This document shows, in pieces, positions 1-10,244 of a stretch of DNA of 64,000 bases; positions within the stretch are counted from its first letter, which is position 1, and each line of letters opens with the position of its first letter. This DNA is from Escherichia coli (lineage in GTDB: Bacteria; Pseudomonadota; Gammaproteobacteria; Enterobacterales; Enterobacteriaceae), in NCBI GenBank assembly GCA_032372955.1, contig GCA_032372955.1_4725.1. One strand, given 5' to 3'. The notes under the pieces are model-generated. The model searched no databases. It worked only from the letters and a program-made list of their open reading frames with translations, and was not told the origin of the DNA. Made by a program: the position numbers and the translations under genes.

Positions 1-74
1 AAACGTACAATGCTGGGTCAAGCGATCCTCATGCTCCGTATTTCGATTGTCTTATCCACAGCTTCGCTAAGCTG

Positions 75-605
75 ATGGAACCGCTGAACCATCTCATCAA
101 ACTGTTTGGTGATAAGTACGACGGTAAAGAGAACGGTTATTGTGATGTTACCTGGGTCGAGGATTTTGAACCGATCAATCAACATCGTGGTCAGATTCCG
201 CCAGCGAAATACAACATGGGTGTAACGCTGAACAGTCGTCCACAGCCGACGGTTAAGCCAAACCCATCAGCAGCTGCACATGAAGGTATGCAACCGCGTC
301 CTGCTTCAACAGGCAGTGTGATCGATAACCTGTTGGGTAAAACCGCACCTGTCCAACCTAATCAGTGGGAAAGTGGTGGTAACCAACCGGCAGGTAATAG
401 TACGTTTGATGCGTTGATGAACCGTGTTGCGGAACGTAACGGTACGATGTTCAATAATGCTGCTTGGCCAGGCATGGGCATGCAACCTGCTGGGTGGGGG
501 ATGCCGCCAGCACCGCAGTCGCCAAACGGTTTACGTCGTCGTGCTGAGATGGAACGTAACAACATCCTGAGCGCGTGGACAGGACATACTGTAAATCGTT
601 TCTGA
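75..605 (+). CDS. hypothetical protein, Gly/Pro/Gln-rich low-complexity; may be 5'-truncated by the window edge
   Basis: 176-codon ORF from first ATG; the same frame stays open back to nt 3, so the true start may lie upstream of the window. Confidence 0.45.
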   Translation: MEPLNHLIKLFGDKYDGKENGYCDVTWVEDFEPINQHRGQIPPAKYNMGVTLNSRPQPTVKPNPSAAAHEGMQPRPASTGSVIDNLLGKTAPVQPNQWESGGNQPAGNSTFDALMNRVAERNGTMFNNAAWPGMGMQPAGWGMPPAPQSPNGLRRRAEMERNNILSAWTGHTVNRF

Positions 606-625
606 TGTATTAAGTCATCGAACGA

Positions 626-670
626 CGGCATAAATGCCCTCCCTACGCTTTACGCTGTGGGAGGGTTATC
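626..670. terminator. GC-rich stem-loop between convergent genes; TTTATGCC follows on the minus-strand side
   Basis: CCCTCCC(637-643)/GGGAGGG(659-665); minus-strand reading gives stem then CATTTATGCCG. Confidence 0.5.
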
Positions 671-1024
671 TTAAGCGCTGTAGTGGATTGTGCGGTACTG
701 TTGTTTTAATGTGTTGATTGCGCTTGTATCGACAATCTTCATGGTTAGAACATCGGCGGTGTATTCCGTAGGGTCGCGATAACCATTGAGTCTCATGGTT
801 ATCCAGTGCATTGGTTCACTGCCCTCACCGAGCAGAACACGGCACAATCCATAAAAGTTACCATCGAATTCGTAGGCGCGTTCGGGTGGTATGTCTATCG
901 TAGAGACCAGTCCGGCATTTTTGAAATATTCCAGATGCATCTCAACAACGTTCCTGAAATCAAGATCGTGGATGAGGTCATCGGGGTTTGTCTTAAGAAA
1001 GTCGTTCAGGGGCGTGTTAGACAT
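671..1024 (-). CDS. hypothetical protein
   Basis: Minus-strand ORF; track start at 1036 is TTG, first ATG is at 1024; ends just after the stem-loop at 637..665. Confidence 0.45.
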   Translation of the reverse strand: MSNTPLNDFLKTNPDDLIHDLDFRNVVEMHLEYFKNAGLVSTIDIPPERAYEFDGNFYGLCRVLLGEGSEPMHWITMRLNGYRDPTEYTADVLTMKIVDTSAINTLKQQYRTIHYSA

Positions 1025-1055
1025 GACGTACCTCAATTCGATAATAGGAAGTCCT

Positions 1056-3224
1056 ATGCATTATAAAGAAAAACCTCTTTATGAATCTGTGAAGCAGGCA
1101 ATCGCTGAAGGTAAAATCATTCCCATTAAACAGGAGTATACTGGCGTAGGGACTGGACTTAACGGGCTACTGCATTATAACTCAGCACAGCGCGCTGCGA
1201 TGTTTGGTGGACATCTTAGCCAAGCGTTGGTTATCAAAGATGCGAAACCGTCCCGACTGACGACGGGGATCGAATACCAGTACGGACAGAACACGTGGTC
1301 AGTAGAGTTTCCAGTCGAATCTCGCATCATAGATATCATCCCACGTTTCCAACCGGGGCATACAGCAAACAGCATCAAAACAAACACGATGCATTACGTG
1401 CTGTATGAAAACCAAGAGGATGGTAACCGTCACGAGCTACGCTTGCTTGAAGTGCCTGAGCATCACATCATGCATCAGCAGTACGGTTTCCGTTTTCGAC
1501 CAACCAACTTGTTCCATTCCCTTCGTCGAGGCCAGATCGTACCGCGATATTCTCGTTTGATGGAAAGCCCAGCGATCAATCAAGAAACGCGCGAGTGGGG
1601 TTACGGTCGCGATTGCAAAGTGTGTTTCGGTAGCTTCTATCAATGTATCGAGGATGGTGGTGTTGCCCGTCGTGGTGTATTGAAGCATTTCACCAGTACC
1701 GGCATTGAGAAGCGAACGATCACATCAGGTAAATCACGATACCCAATCAATCTCTACGGTGATGATGAGGTATATCAAGCAATACCCGAGAACGGTGAGC
1801 GTATTCGTAAGGATGGGTTGCTTGCCGCAACACGCGAAATCGATCCTATCCTTAGCGTTGTTGACATGATGACGTGTAACCTTCAGCGTGTGGATTATGT
1901 TTACGACGATCTCACTTACGCTGAACCGAATGCGCGTGTAACGGATATCGATGTTGTCAGTGATCGACATCGTCGTTCTGGACGTCAAGCCCGCGAGCGT
2001 GCGATTATGATGGAAGAGAAGATGCGTCCTCCGTATCGTCAATTCCTGAAATACGAGAACGCAATCGGTTTGCTTTACACCCGAATTCAGGATGCTGTTC
2101 GTAAGTACGAACGTGAACGCGTTGGTACGTCGATACGTCATCATCAAACGGTGATGTGGTGGTTGAACCTGGCTGATGCTGAACACGGTATTGATATCCG
2201 CAATCCTAACGGACAGCTACGTCATGTGTTACCAACCCGCGATTACCGTAAAGAGAATCTCGATGATTGGCGTGTGACCATCACGTACACGTATGACGTT
2301 GTTCCAGGTATCGGGTTTAAATTCACCGGTATGGCGGGTGATAAATTCGTTGTAACCGACATCATGGAAGACGATGAAATGCCGGTTGACCAATGGGGTA
2401 ACGTTGCGGACTTCATGTTCGACGATAGTACGGTAATCAAAAGGATGAGTTTAAGTCGTGTTAACGCACCGTACATCAACGGCGTTGGCGATCAGATCAT
2501 GCGTGAACTGAAACCGGTGATGGATGCAGGCGATCTGGAGACCGCTTGGAACACACTGATGCGCTACTACTATATCGTCAGTCCTGAATTCGTGGAACAG
2601 GTTGTTGAAAAATACTGTATCACGGATGAGGATAAATGGGATCATTTACGGTACGTACAACGCCACGGTACGGAAGTTTATATCCCGACGGACAGTATCG
2701 CAGCCGGTTCAGAACGTATGGAGAATCTGATTCGTGAGTTCCCGTTGAAGAAAGGTCCTGTACGGTATCGTGGACGTTCTGGGCAATGGCGGACAACCAA
2801 GAACGATATTGCGATCGGCGACACGTACATCATGATGTTGGAGAAGACGGCGAACGACTGGTCAGCTGTGGGTATTCCTAAACTGCAAGCGCACGGATTA
2901 CCGTCGAAACTCAGTAATAGCGATAAATACAGTTCTCCGGGTAAAGAGCAACCGACTCGTTACTGTGGTGAATCTGAACATCGTGAAGTTACCGCCTTTG
3001 CTGGCGGATGGTTCGCAAGCGTCTTTATGGATTATGCGAACAATCCAAAACAGGTGGATAGCATCACTGAAAGCATCTACGCGACCGATAAGCCGTCAGC
3101 GATTCCTATTGCGACCAACTTCGAGAAGTATCCCATTGGCGGTAACCGTGCGTTGAGGATTCTGTATCATCAGCTGAACGTTGCTGGCGGACAAATCATC
3201 GACGCAGATGACTGCGAAAGCTAA
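1056..3224 (+). CDS. divergent multisubunit RNA polymerase beta-like subunit (C-terminal module)
   Basis: 722 codons from ATG 1056 with AGGAAG RBS (track ORF 891..3224 overlaps the divergent gene). GMAGDKFVVTDIMEDDEMPVD, IAIGDTYIMMLEKTANDWS and GESEHREVTAFAGGWF align by eye to RpoB GDKxAGRHGNKGV..EDMP, GYMYMLKLNHLVDDK and GEMEVWALEAYGA. Confidence 0.6.
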   Translation: MHYKEKPLYESVKQAIAEGKIIPIKQEYTGVGTGLNGLLHYNSAQRAAMFGGHLSQALVIKDAKPSRLTTGIEYQYGQNTWSVEFPVESRIIDIIPRFQPGHTANSIKTNTMHYVLYENQEDGNRHELRLLEVPEHHIMHQQYGFRFRPTNLFHSLRRGQIVPRYSRLMESPAINQETREWGYGRDCKVCFGSFYQCIEDGGVARRGVLKHFTSTGIEKRTITSGKSRYPINLYGDDEVYQAIPENGERIRKDGLLAATREIDPILSVVDMMTCNLQRVDYVYDDLTYAEPNARVTDIDVVSDRHRRSGRQARERAIMMEEKMRPPYRQFLKYENAIGLLYTRIQDAVRKYERERVGTSIRHHQTVMWWLNLADAEHGIDIRNPNGQLRHVLPTRDYRKENLDDWRVTITYTYDVVPGIGFKFTGMAGDKFVVTDIMEDDEMPVDQWGNVADFMFDDSTVIKRMSLSRVNAPYINGVGDQIMRELKPVMDAGDLETAWNTLMRYYYIVSPEFVEQVVEKYCITDEDKWDHLRYVQRHGTEVYIPTDSIAAGSERMENLIREFPLKKGPVRYRGRSGQWRTTKNDIAIGDTYIMMLEKTANDWSAVGIPKLQAHGLPSKLSNSDKYSSPGKEQPTRYCGESEHREVTAFAGGWFASVFMDYANNPKQVDSITESIYATDKPSAIPIATNFEKYPIGGNRALRILYHQLNVAGGQIIDADDCES

Positions 3225-3235
3225 CGAGGTATACG

Positions 3236-3646
3236 ATGGATCATTCGGATAGCGTGATAGCAATGATTACGCCACATCTGTTGCGCAACCTTCCAGCACC
3301 GAACGTCAAAACGAAGAATCATAATCGTCTTCTTGGATTATATCGAGACTGGCGGGATTCTGAAGGATTGACACGGATCGCGAACATCGATGCGGCTTAT
3401 GATGCATTTCGTGACGAACACGATGAAAACGGCAATCTTAAGCCCATTGCAGCGCAGTTACGTAAAGATGTCGGTGATGATGAAGTTCGCGATCTCCGCA
3501 TCTGCGAAGAGGTTGCTACGAAGACCGCTCGGGGGTTAATGTTGCTGGAACTCTTCGGTGAACAAGGCCGTACCGAATTGCAGTCTGAACTTATCGCTTG
3601 CTTCGAAGACACGTTGTTAGAATTTAAAGATCGTCCTCCTTTCTGA
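3236..3646 (+). CDS. hypothetical acidic protein
   Basis: 136-codon ORF, GAGG RBS, followed by stem-loop 3658..3686. Confidence 0.55.
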   Translation: MDHSDSVIAMITPHLLRNLPAPNVKTKNHNRLLGLYRDWRDSEGLTRIANIDAAYDAFRDEHDENGNLKPIAAQLRKDVGDDEVRDLRICEEVATKTARGLMLLELFGEQGRTELQSELIACFEDTLLEFKDRPPF

Positions 3647-3657
3647 TGCATATTACG

Positions 3658-3698
3658 CCTCCTCCTGCCCATGTGGTGGGAGGAGGATGTTTATGCTG
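3658..3698 (+). terminator. stem-loop plus ATGTTTATGCTG (terminator or promoter punctuation)
   Basis: CCTCCTCC(3658-3665)/GGGAGGAGG(3678-3686). Confidence 0.5.
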
Positions 3699-4112
3699 AT
3701 TAAAGGGACGGTTTATTTTAACTGCTTAACACTAGAATGTGAAGACTTAAAGAGGATCCCTGGTATGAGTGATAACGAAAATCGTTCCGTAGCAGTGAAC
3801 TACGTCAACAATTTAATCTTGCAAGAACTTACTCGTGATGCAGTAAGGGCATCAAATAAGCTAGGTTTTATCAACCACCACGGACACATCATCGACATTA
3901 ACAATCCTGACTGCCAGATCGTCGACATACGCAGCCAGGTCGAACACGTCGCTAACGTCATGGTTAAAGCTGAATACTGGCTGGAAACCATGAAAGAGCA
4001 TGTTATCCAACCCCAACAATTAGATATCGACGTTGATGAAATTATTGAACAAGTTGAAGAGTCGTTCAATGAACTTGTCAACCACCGTATCGAAAAAGTT
4101 TTAAAGTTTTAA
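3693..4112 (+). CDS. hypothetical protein (start ambiguous: 3687, 3693 or 3765)
   Basis: ORF in frame with the ATG of the TTTATGCTG motif directly after the stem-loop; the GGGAGGAGG 3' arm could act as an SD; alternative start 3765 has AGAGGA RBS. Confidence 0.45.
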   Translation: MLIKGTVYFNCLTLECEDLKRIPGMSDNENRSVAVNYVNNLILQELTRDAVRASNKLGFINHHGHIIDINNPDCQIVDIRSQVEHVANVMVKAEYWLETMKEHVIQPQQLDIDVDEIIEQVEESFNELVNHRIEKVLKF

Positions 4113-4145
4113 ACGATTGCTAACATTCACCTGAGGAAAAACATA

Positions 4146-4508
4146 ATGAACTTAATTCGCAAATTAACACTGCAAGAACTGGCCCGTCCAATCGGTATTG
4201 AGGCAGCACTGCATGATGAAGATAGCAATGCGCTACAAGTCGCCGTGTTTACAGCAACCACGAACTACGCTGTTGATGTAGGTACCATTGAACCCGTACG
4301 TAGTTTTGAAGAAGATGCAACCGTTATTGATACCGTTGCTCAAAACGTCGCACAGGGTTTGGTTGTACTTGACCTGGCTGGTGATGCTGGTGAAGAAGCA
4401 CTGCGCGAAGCGATGGCTGATTACGCAGCTAACTGGGATACCACCGTCACAATGAAAACATTCGATGGTTCTGAAGAGGAAGATACGGAAGAAGACAGCG
4501 TAGAATAA
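4146..4508 (+). CDS. hypothetical acidic protein
   Basis: 120 codons, GAGGAAAAA RBS, C-terminal SEEEDTEEDSVE. Confidence 0.55.
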   Translation: MNLIRKLTLQELARPIGIEAALHDEDSNALQVAVFTATTNYAVDVGTIEPVRSFEEDATVIDTVAQNVAQGLVVLDLAGDAGEEALREAMADYAANWDTTVTMKTFDGSEEEDTEEDSVE

Positions 4509-4522
4509 TAAACACGAATAAC

Positions 4523-4561
4523 CCTCCCTCTCCCATGCGGAGGTGGGAGGGAATTATGTCG
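4523..4561 (+). terminator. stem-loop plus AATTATGTCG
   Basis: CCCTCCC(4523-4529)/GGGAGGG(4545-4551) with inner CTCC/GGAG pairing. Confidence 0.5.
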
Positions 4562-4665
4562 TTGTTTTTATTTTCCGTTATTTCTGACGGAAATAAAGCA
4601 ATATATGCAAAGGCAACGTATATCCAACATGTCATCTATTTCTACGTAGAAGAGGAAATGAGATT

Positions 4666-5151
4666 ATGGAGATAGCACACGCCAACATATACGGCGATGG
4701 GTTAACGGTATATGAAGAAACATGGGCGAATGAACGAATTGTTTGGCTTAACGGATTCAATGTCAAAACGATCGAGGATCCTTCGTTAGGCGTCGCATAT
4801 ACGTATCCTGTCGATACCTTAGAACAGCTATTTCAGGATATTCGTAACGACCTCATTGAAGTGGAGGGTGTGGATGGAACGGTTTATGGCCGAGTCGATA
4901 AGTTCGGACGTGACCTTCGAGGCGATCATCCAAACATCATTTCTATTGGTGTTTATCCGTATTCGACATTCCCGTTTGTTGATGGCGTTTATGTTATCCG
5001 ACCAAAGTTGGTTGGTGAAGAAAACGTATACCGTAACGATAAAGGATTGCGTGTGACCGAAGTGAGACAGATAAAGGGCTTCATTCTCACGGTTGTTTCG
5101 GATATATCAGACGCTATGGATCCGTACGCTCTACGACAGAAAGCCGGGTAA
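4666..5151 (+). CDS. hypothetical protein
   Basis: 161 codons, AGAGGAAATGAG RBS. Confidence 0.55.
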   Translation: MEIAHANIYGDGLTVYEETWANERIVWLNGFNVKTIEDPSLGVAYTYPVDTLEQLFQDIRNDLIEVEGVDGTVYGRVDKFGRDLRGDHPNIISIGVYPYSTFPFVDGVYVIRPKLVGEENVYRNDKGLRVTEVRQIKGFILTVVSDISDAMDPYALRQKAG

Positions 5152-5296
5152 TGTCGCCGACTTTTACTCCGGCAGTGGAGATATATTAACACCTACATAA
5201 CCTAAGAGAAGGGATTCCCGATGCTATCATGGCGATAGTAAATTCCAACGGAATTGGTAAACCGTATGATAAAACCATTTAAATCGGAAAGTAATA

Positions 5297-7303
5297 ATGA
5301 TTACAACACAGACAACCACCACGAAACGTCGTGTGAGGGCACGCGAGCTTATGCATTGGCCGGTTGATGAGGTGTTCGAATGGGCACAGCCTAATGACCG
5401 TGTGTATATCGAGATGGACGATGGCGTTCATGAATTGCGTGCACGACGCATTTTCTTTAGTTACATGCACTGGTCTGTGCATCGCATGTATCCTGAGACC
5501 CCACTAACAAAAGAGAACCTGGTTGATAAACGCAAGTTCACAGCGGGTTCATCGGTTGCGTTGCAAAGCGCAGCGTATCGTCAATGCATGTATGCTTATC
5601 CACAAGAGAATCGTGAGGTTCTCTGGAAAGCATTGTTCGATATGTTTAACAATGTGTATAACTTCTTTACGTATGCGTTGGAGGAATACGTAACAACGAT
5701 TTGCGCGGACGATTTTTATCAGATTACCGTACACCCCGAAGTTAAGAAAATCATCGCCGAAGCGGAACCCACCCGCGAAGGTATCGAAAGCGCATACAAG
5801 AAACTGACAAAGGTACTGAGCACCGATAAAACGTTACACGCAAACCCTATTGCACGTGCGGTAAGAACCGAACACGTTTCGATCGGACAGGTGCTGCAGT
5901 GTATTGGGATGCGTGGATTCTTGACTGATATTAACTCCGAGATATTCCGTGACCCAGTGATGCGGTCATACGCAGCTGGTTTGATCTCTCTTCCAGACAG
6001 CTTGAAAGAAAGTCGTTCTGCGGCAAAATCGTTGCTGTTCAACAAAGAGCAGATTAAAAAGTCTGAATATTTCGGTCGTGAACTTCAGATAGCGACAGCG
6101 GTTGTACAACGACTCCATCCTGGTGATTGTGGTAGTAAAGAGACCATCCCGATGCCAATCCGTGATGAGACCGACCTGCGTGGCTTCCACGGTCGATTCA
6201 TTATTCGTGACGACGGTTCGTTGGTAGCGATACAACCACACATGAAAGAATTGATCGGCACCACAGTGCGCATGCGCTCTGTTAACTATTGTCATCATCC
6301 CGATCCTGCTGGGGTATGTACGACGTGTTACGGTGAATTAAGTCATAACTTCGCATTGACTGATAATGTCGGCGACGGTGCAGCGCGTACCTGTTCGCAA
6401 CAGGTAACGCAGAACATTCTTTCTACCAAACACCACGATGGTTCGTCAACGGTATCCACAGCACCAATCCCACCGGAATATCAACATATCCTTCGCTACA
6501 GCCAGAACATGAACGACATCAAACTCGCACGTGAGCTGAAAGGTAAACACGTGTTGATTAAGATGAAGTTAGGTCTTGCGAACATGTTGTACGACGTAGC
6601 GGAAGCGGAAGAAATCAGTTCGCTGATACCGCAACGTCTGTTTAACATGACGCTTTGCGATATGGAGATTTACGACAGGAAAGATGAAAGCTATCGTAAG
6701 CTCAAAGTCAATTTCGATTTCTGTGGTCGTCCTGTTGTACCGAGTAAAGCGTTTATCCGGTATCTCAAACGCCATAGCTGGGAAGTGACGTCTGACGGGA
6801 TTGTGATTTTCGACTTGAAACATTGGGACAATTCACGTACGTTATTCCAGATGCCGTTAATCCACAAAAACATGATGGAATACGCAAAAGAAATCGAACG
6901 TGAATTCAAATTCGGGAAAGGTTCTTTCAGTGCCGGATTCCTCTCGGAAGACGAAGCAACACCGGAAGAAGTTGCAAACGTGCTGTACTATTGGCATCGC
7001 CTGTGTGCTCAGCGTCTGCGAATGAACCTTTCGCATCTCGACGTTATTCTCTACGCCAGCATGATTCGTTCACCGCACACGAAAGATTATCGCATGCCGA
7101 AACAGGGAACAACACGATACTTCAGTACCTTCAAGAAGAACATGAACATGCGCTCCTTGAGTATGAAGTTCGCTCACCAAGAGCAGCTGGATGCGTTCCA
7201 AAACCCGAACAGTTATATCCCAACCATGAAGCCGGATCATCCGATCGACTACATGCTGTTACCGCGTAAAGAACCTAAACCGGAGGATGTAATCACGTTA
7301 TGA
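5297..7303 (+). CDS. divergent multisubunit RNA polymerase beta-prime-like subunit (C-terminal module with bridge-helix and trigger-loop-like segments)
   Basis: 668 codons. SAAKSLLFNKEQIKKSEYFGRELQIATAVV resembles the RpoC bridge helix, RLHPGDCG the following DDCGT, VRMRSVNYCHHPDPAGVCTTCYGEL the C-terminal Cys cluster, and RTCSQQVTQNILSTKHHDGS the trigger loop GTQLTMRTFHIGG. Confidence 0.6.
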   Translation: MITTQTTTTKRRVRARELMHWPVDEVFEWAQPNDRVYIEMDDGVHELRARRIFFSYMHWSVHRMYPETPLTKENLVDKRKFTAGSSVALQSAAYRQCMYAYPQENREVLWKALFDMFNNVYNFFTYALEEYVTTICADDFYQITVHPEVKKIIAEAEPTREGIESAYKKLTKVLSTDKTLHANPIARAVRTEHVSIGQVLQCIGMRGFLTDINSEIFRDPVMRSYAAGLISLPDSLKESRSAAKSLLFNKEQIKKSEYFGRELQIATAVVQRLHPGDCGSKETIPMPIRDETDLRGFHGRFIIRDDGSLVAIQPHMKELIGTTVRMRSVNYCHHPDPAGVCTTCYGELSHNFALTDNVGDGAARTCSQQVTQNILSTKHHDGSSTVSTAPIPPEYQHILRYSQNMNDIKLARELKGKHVLIKMKLGLANMLYDVAEAEEISSLIPQRLFNMTLCDMEIYDRKDESYRKLKVNFDFCGRPVVPSKAFIRYLKRHSWEVTSDGIVIFDLKHWDNSRTLFQMPLIHKNMMEYAKEIEREFKFGKGSFSAGFLSEDEATPEEVANVLYYWHRLCAQRLRMNLSHLDVILYASMIRSPHTKDYRMPKQGTTRYFSTFKKNMNMRSLSMKFAHQEQLDAFQNPNSYIPTMKPDHPIDYMLLPRKEPKPEDVITL

Positions 7304-8874
7304 AGTTAGCTCGTATCGACGTCTTCTCGCATGGCATGAGGCTGAGCGGATACGGACTTCGATTTGCCCATCTTATCGGCCATTACCTTCGAGACCGTTG
7401 TTTGCATCTGAGGAAACGGCGTGACCCTCGTACACGGAGAATGGTTACCGATACCATAAACACGTATGCCGCGGCAAGAAGCGATTATAGCGAGGTATAC
7501 TTACTCCGCGAACAGTTGAAATCGTTTTTGGATTTTATCTTTTCCCGAGGGATACGAAAAGAGTGGTTGGAAATCGTCTATCACGATCCGGTACCAGGTA
7601 AGGAAGTGGAGTTCGTAAAGAAATGGAAGTTTCCATGGCGTGAAGATCAGCAAGAATGGTTGGAGTACATGGACGGGGGTAAGGATACCCCCTTCAGAAT
7701 GAGCCTAAACACCGCTCAAACGGGGTCGGGTAAAACAGCCATGTCTCAGGAGATTACCTTCCGACGCGGTGTACGGACGGGCATCATTCTGTCGCCGAGA
7801 TACATGCCAGGCTGGCGAAGCTCACTACTGAACTTCTTCGGAATGGAACCAGGGGACGTTATCGAGATACGCGGGAACGCTAAGGAGGATCCACCGCATC
7901 CCGACATTCCTCGTTACAGTATGTTGGAGTTTCAAACCTTGGTTGAACAAGGTGAACTCGACTTCAAAATCGCATTGTTCTCCTTGAACATGTTCCAACG
8001 TTATATTGCGGACTACGAGAAGAATAACTGCGTTGCGCCATATGCCTTTCATCCCGCTGAGTTTTGGGAAAAGACCGGCATAGGTTTGCTGATTCATGAC
8101 GAGTGTCACGAAGCATTGCATTTCTTGTTTAAGGTCAAGTGTTACGCCAATATTCCGGAAATCATTTATCTGTCGGCAACAGCGGTATCCGATGATCCGT
8201 TTATCGAACAGATGCTGTATTTGATGTATCCGAAAGAAGCCCGTTATGCGAAAGGCGAATACAAGAAATACATTGCGGTAAATGCGGTAACGTACCGACT
8301 ACGCAGTACAGATAAAGTCAGATACAAAGGGTTTGGTGGAGCTTATTCGCACACGATATTCGAACAGTCTATCATGAAGAACAAGCAACTCAAACTCGCG
8401 TATTTTAACTTCATCTATACCGTTATTATCAAGGGTTTCATGAACCAGTATCAGGAAGGTATGAAGATGCTGGTGTATTGTGCGACCGTTGATATGTGTA
8501 AGTCGTTGTCGCATTATCTCAGTGAACGTATTCCTGAGCTAGAGATCGGTCCTTATACTGCTGAAGAAGATTTCATGGTCTTGCTGGATAACGATATTAG
8601 CGTTACGACAGTGAAATCGGCAGGTACCGGTATCGACCTTCCTGACTTGGTGATGACGTTCATGACGTTAGCGATGGGGTCACGAACCGGCAACATTCAG
8701 GTGTTGGGACGACTGCGTCAGCTGAAAGGGAAGTTTGAAGGAATGACGCCAACGTTCTGGTATCTGGTATGTACTTCTATCGAAGCGCACCGTAAATACC
8801 ATCAGCGCAAGGTGGAGTTCTTCAGCGACAAAGTGCTTACCCAGCGTGTTATCGATGAAGATTTTGAATTGTAA
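7300..8874 (+). CDS. SF2 helicase (DExH-type)
   Basis: ATGA overlap with upstream stop; Walker A AQTGSGKT, motif II HDECHE, motif VI-like QVLGRLRQ. Confidence 0.6.
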   Translation: MKLARIDVFSHGMRLSGYGLRFAHLIGHYLRDRCLHLRKRRDPRTRRMVTDTINTYAAARSDYSEVYLLREQLKSFLDFIFSRGIRKEWLEIVYHDPVPGKEVEFVKKWKFPWREDQQEWLEYMDGGKDTPFRMSLNTAQTGSGKTAMSQEITFRRGVRTGIILSPRYMPGWRSSLLNFFGMEPGDVIEIRGNAKEDPPHPDIPRYSMLEFQTLVEQGELDFKIALFSLNMFQRYIADYEKNNCVAPYAFHPAEFWEKTGIGLLIHDECHEALHFLFKVKCYANIPEIIYLSATAVSDDPFIEQMLYLMYPKEARYAKGEYKKYIAVNAVTYRLRSTDKVRYKGFGGAYSHTIFEQSIMKNKQLKLAYFNFIYTVIIKGFMNQYQEGMKMLVYCATVDMCKSLSHYLSERIPELEIGPYTAEEDFMVLLDNDISVTTVKSAGTGIDLPDLVMTFMTLAMGSRTGNIQVLGRLRQLKGKFEGMTPTFWYLVCTSIEAHRKYHQRKVEFFSDKVLTQRVIDEDFEL

Positions 8875-8942
8875 CGATAGCGTTTGGTGGAATCAAAAAT
8901 CAATGAGGGGCCTCGAAGCAGGCCCTTATAACCGGAGCATGT

Positions 8943-9836
8943 ATGTCACAAGTAAGAGGCGTGAAACAAATCGCCAATTTAATGATGTTAAGTGGTGAGA
9001 CACAGCAGGAACGTGAGCTGGTCTTCTTTGGTAAACTGGCTGAAGACGGTGTTGAACGTCTTCGTCAAGTCGCATCAAAAATCGAACATATGGTGCAACA
9101 TCAATGGTTGTTTGATAACACAGCCGTTGGTGGTGTGAAAGGTCAGGTGCGCGCACGTGCGATACAGATCGATAACGAAGAACCGAAATACATCATGACT
9201 ACGAAGGTGTATCGCGGTCCAGGTGATGCAACGGAAAGCGAAGTCGAAATTCCGGTCGAGATGTTTGACGCGATCGAACGTATGGCTCCTGAAGGCCAAG
9301 CGAAAACACGTTACACCGTAGAAAGCGCTGATGGTCTGGCATGGGAAGTTGACGTCATCTATACACGAGACCACCAGGTTGTTGAGTGGACGAAGATCGA
9401 TATTGAAATTCCGGCTGGAACTTATCTTCGTGAAAATCCGACGTTGCCTGAAGCGTTGAGTGATGTGTTTGTGCAGATGATCGATCGTCCTCACGCAAAA
9501 CGTACGGATGAAGAGAACGCTATTCTTGACGATCTGTTCAAGAACAAATTCTACATCAAGAACGATAAGGTTGTGGTGAGCAAACTTCCTGAAGGGTTTG
9601 AACGCTTTGTTGATCCTAAGGTCGTCATTGAAATGCTGATGCCTGCCATCGAACCTCTCGTAAATATGATTCCAGCGTTAAGCTACAACGAGAAGTATTT
9701 TGATTTCGATGAAGAAGGTCAGCTGAAAAGCGCTTTACAAGAACTCAAGCATGCCGCACTCAGTGTCTTACGTTTAAGTAAGAAGAACAACGAAGAGTGT
9801 GATTGCGACCAAGATAAGAATGGAGAAAATGAATGA
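8943..9836 (+). CDS. hypothetical protein
   Basis: 297 codons, GGAG RBS. Confidence 0.55.
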   Translation: MSQVRGVKQIANLMMLSGETQQERELVFFGKLAEDGVERLRQVASKIEHMVQHQWLFDNTAVGGVKGQVRARAIQIDNEEPKYIMTTKVYRGPGDATESEVEIPVEMFDAIERMAPEGQAKTRYTVESADGLAWEVDVIYTRDHQVVEWTKIDIEIPAGTYLRENPTLPEALSDVFVQMIDRPHAKRTDEENAILDDLFKNKFYIKNDKVVVSKLPEGFERFVDPKVVIEMLMPAIEPLVNMIPALSYNEKYFDFDEEGQLKSALQELKHAALSVLRLSKKNNEECDCDQDKNGENE

Positions 9837-10171
9837 ACGTACAACAAATCTGTTTAATCGATGATCAGTTCAGTGAAATTAACGGTGAGCGTTACAATGT
9901 TGTAAGCTGGACGCTTTCGATGGTCCAGGCTGCTGAACAATTCCCGATGGACAAACACAGCCCTGAAGCGTTCCGCGATGTCTATAAACAAACCCAGCTG
10001 GTTGACCGTAAACTACCCGAAGGTTACGACGACGAGAAACTACTGAACGATATTAAGCGTGCGTTCGCCTTACACATGCTAACCTTAACCGAAGACGATC
10101 CTTTAGAAATCCCTGACGAGTGGCTTATCTACGATATGGAAGCCTACTTCATGAAAGAACTCTGGTTCTAA
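9833..10171 (+). CDS. hypothetical protein
   Basis: 112 codons, ATGA start/stop overlap with upstream gene. Confidence 0.55.
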   Translation: MNVQQICLIDDQFSEINGERYNVVSWTLSMVQAAEQFPMDKHSPEAFRDVYKQTQLVDRKLPEGYDDEKLLNDIKRAFALHMLTLTEDDPLEIPDEWLIYDMEAYFMKELWF

Positions 10172-10188
10172 ATTAAATTGACATAAAC

Positions 10189-10244
10189 CTTCCTCCCCGC
10201 CCGTTATGGGTAGGGAGGAAGATATGCTAACTATTTTTTTTTTT
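10189..10244. terminator. bidirectional intrinsic terminator between convergent genes
   Basis: CTTCCTCCC(10189-10197)/GGGAGGAAG(10213-10221); plus side ATATGCTAAC then T11 run (10234-10244); minus side stem then TTTATGTCA. Confidence 0.65.

Noticed and set aside
891-1055. N-terminal extension of the RNAP beta-like ORF as given in the track (start 891)
   Set aside because: It overlaps the divergent minus-strand gene and lacks an RBS; ATG at 1056 with AGGAAG RBS is a better start.
806-1066. ORF 806..1066 (+), plus similar alternative-frame ORFs such as 9075..9494, 18551..18964, 20593..20820, 27549..27833, 35790..36050, 51986..52399, 60679..61026 and 62205..62819
   Set aside because: Each is fully embedded in or antisense to a longer, better-supported gene and lacks a convincing RBS.
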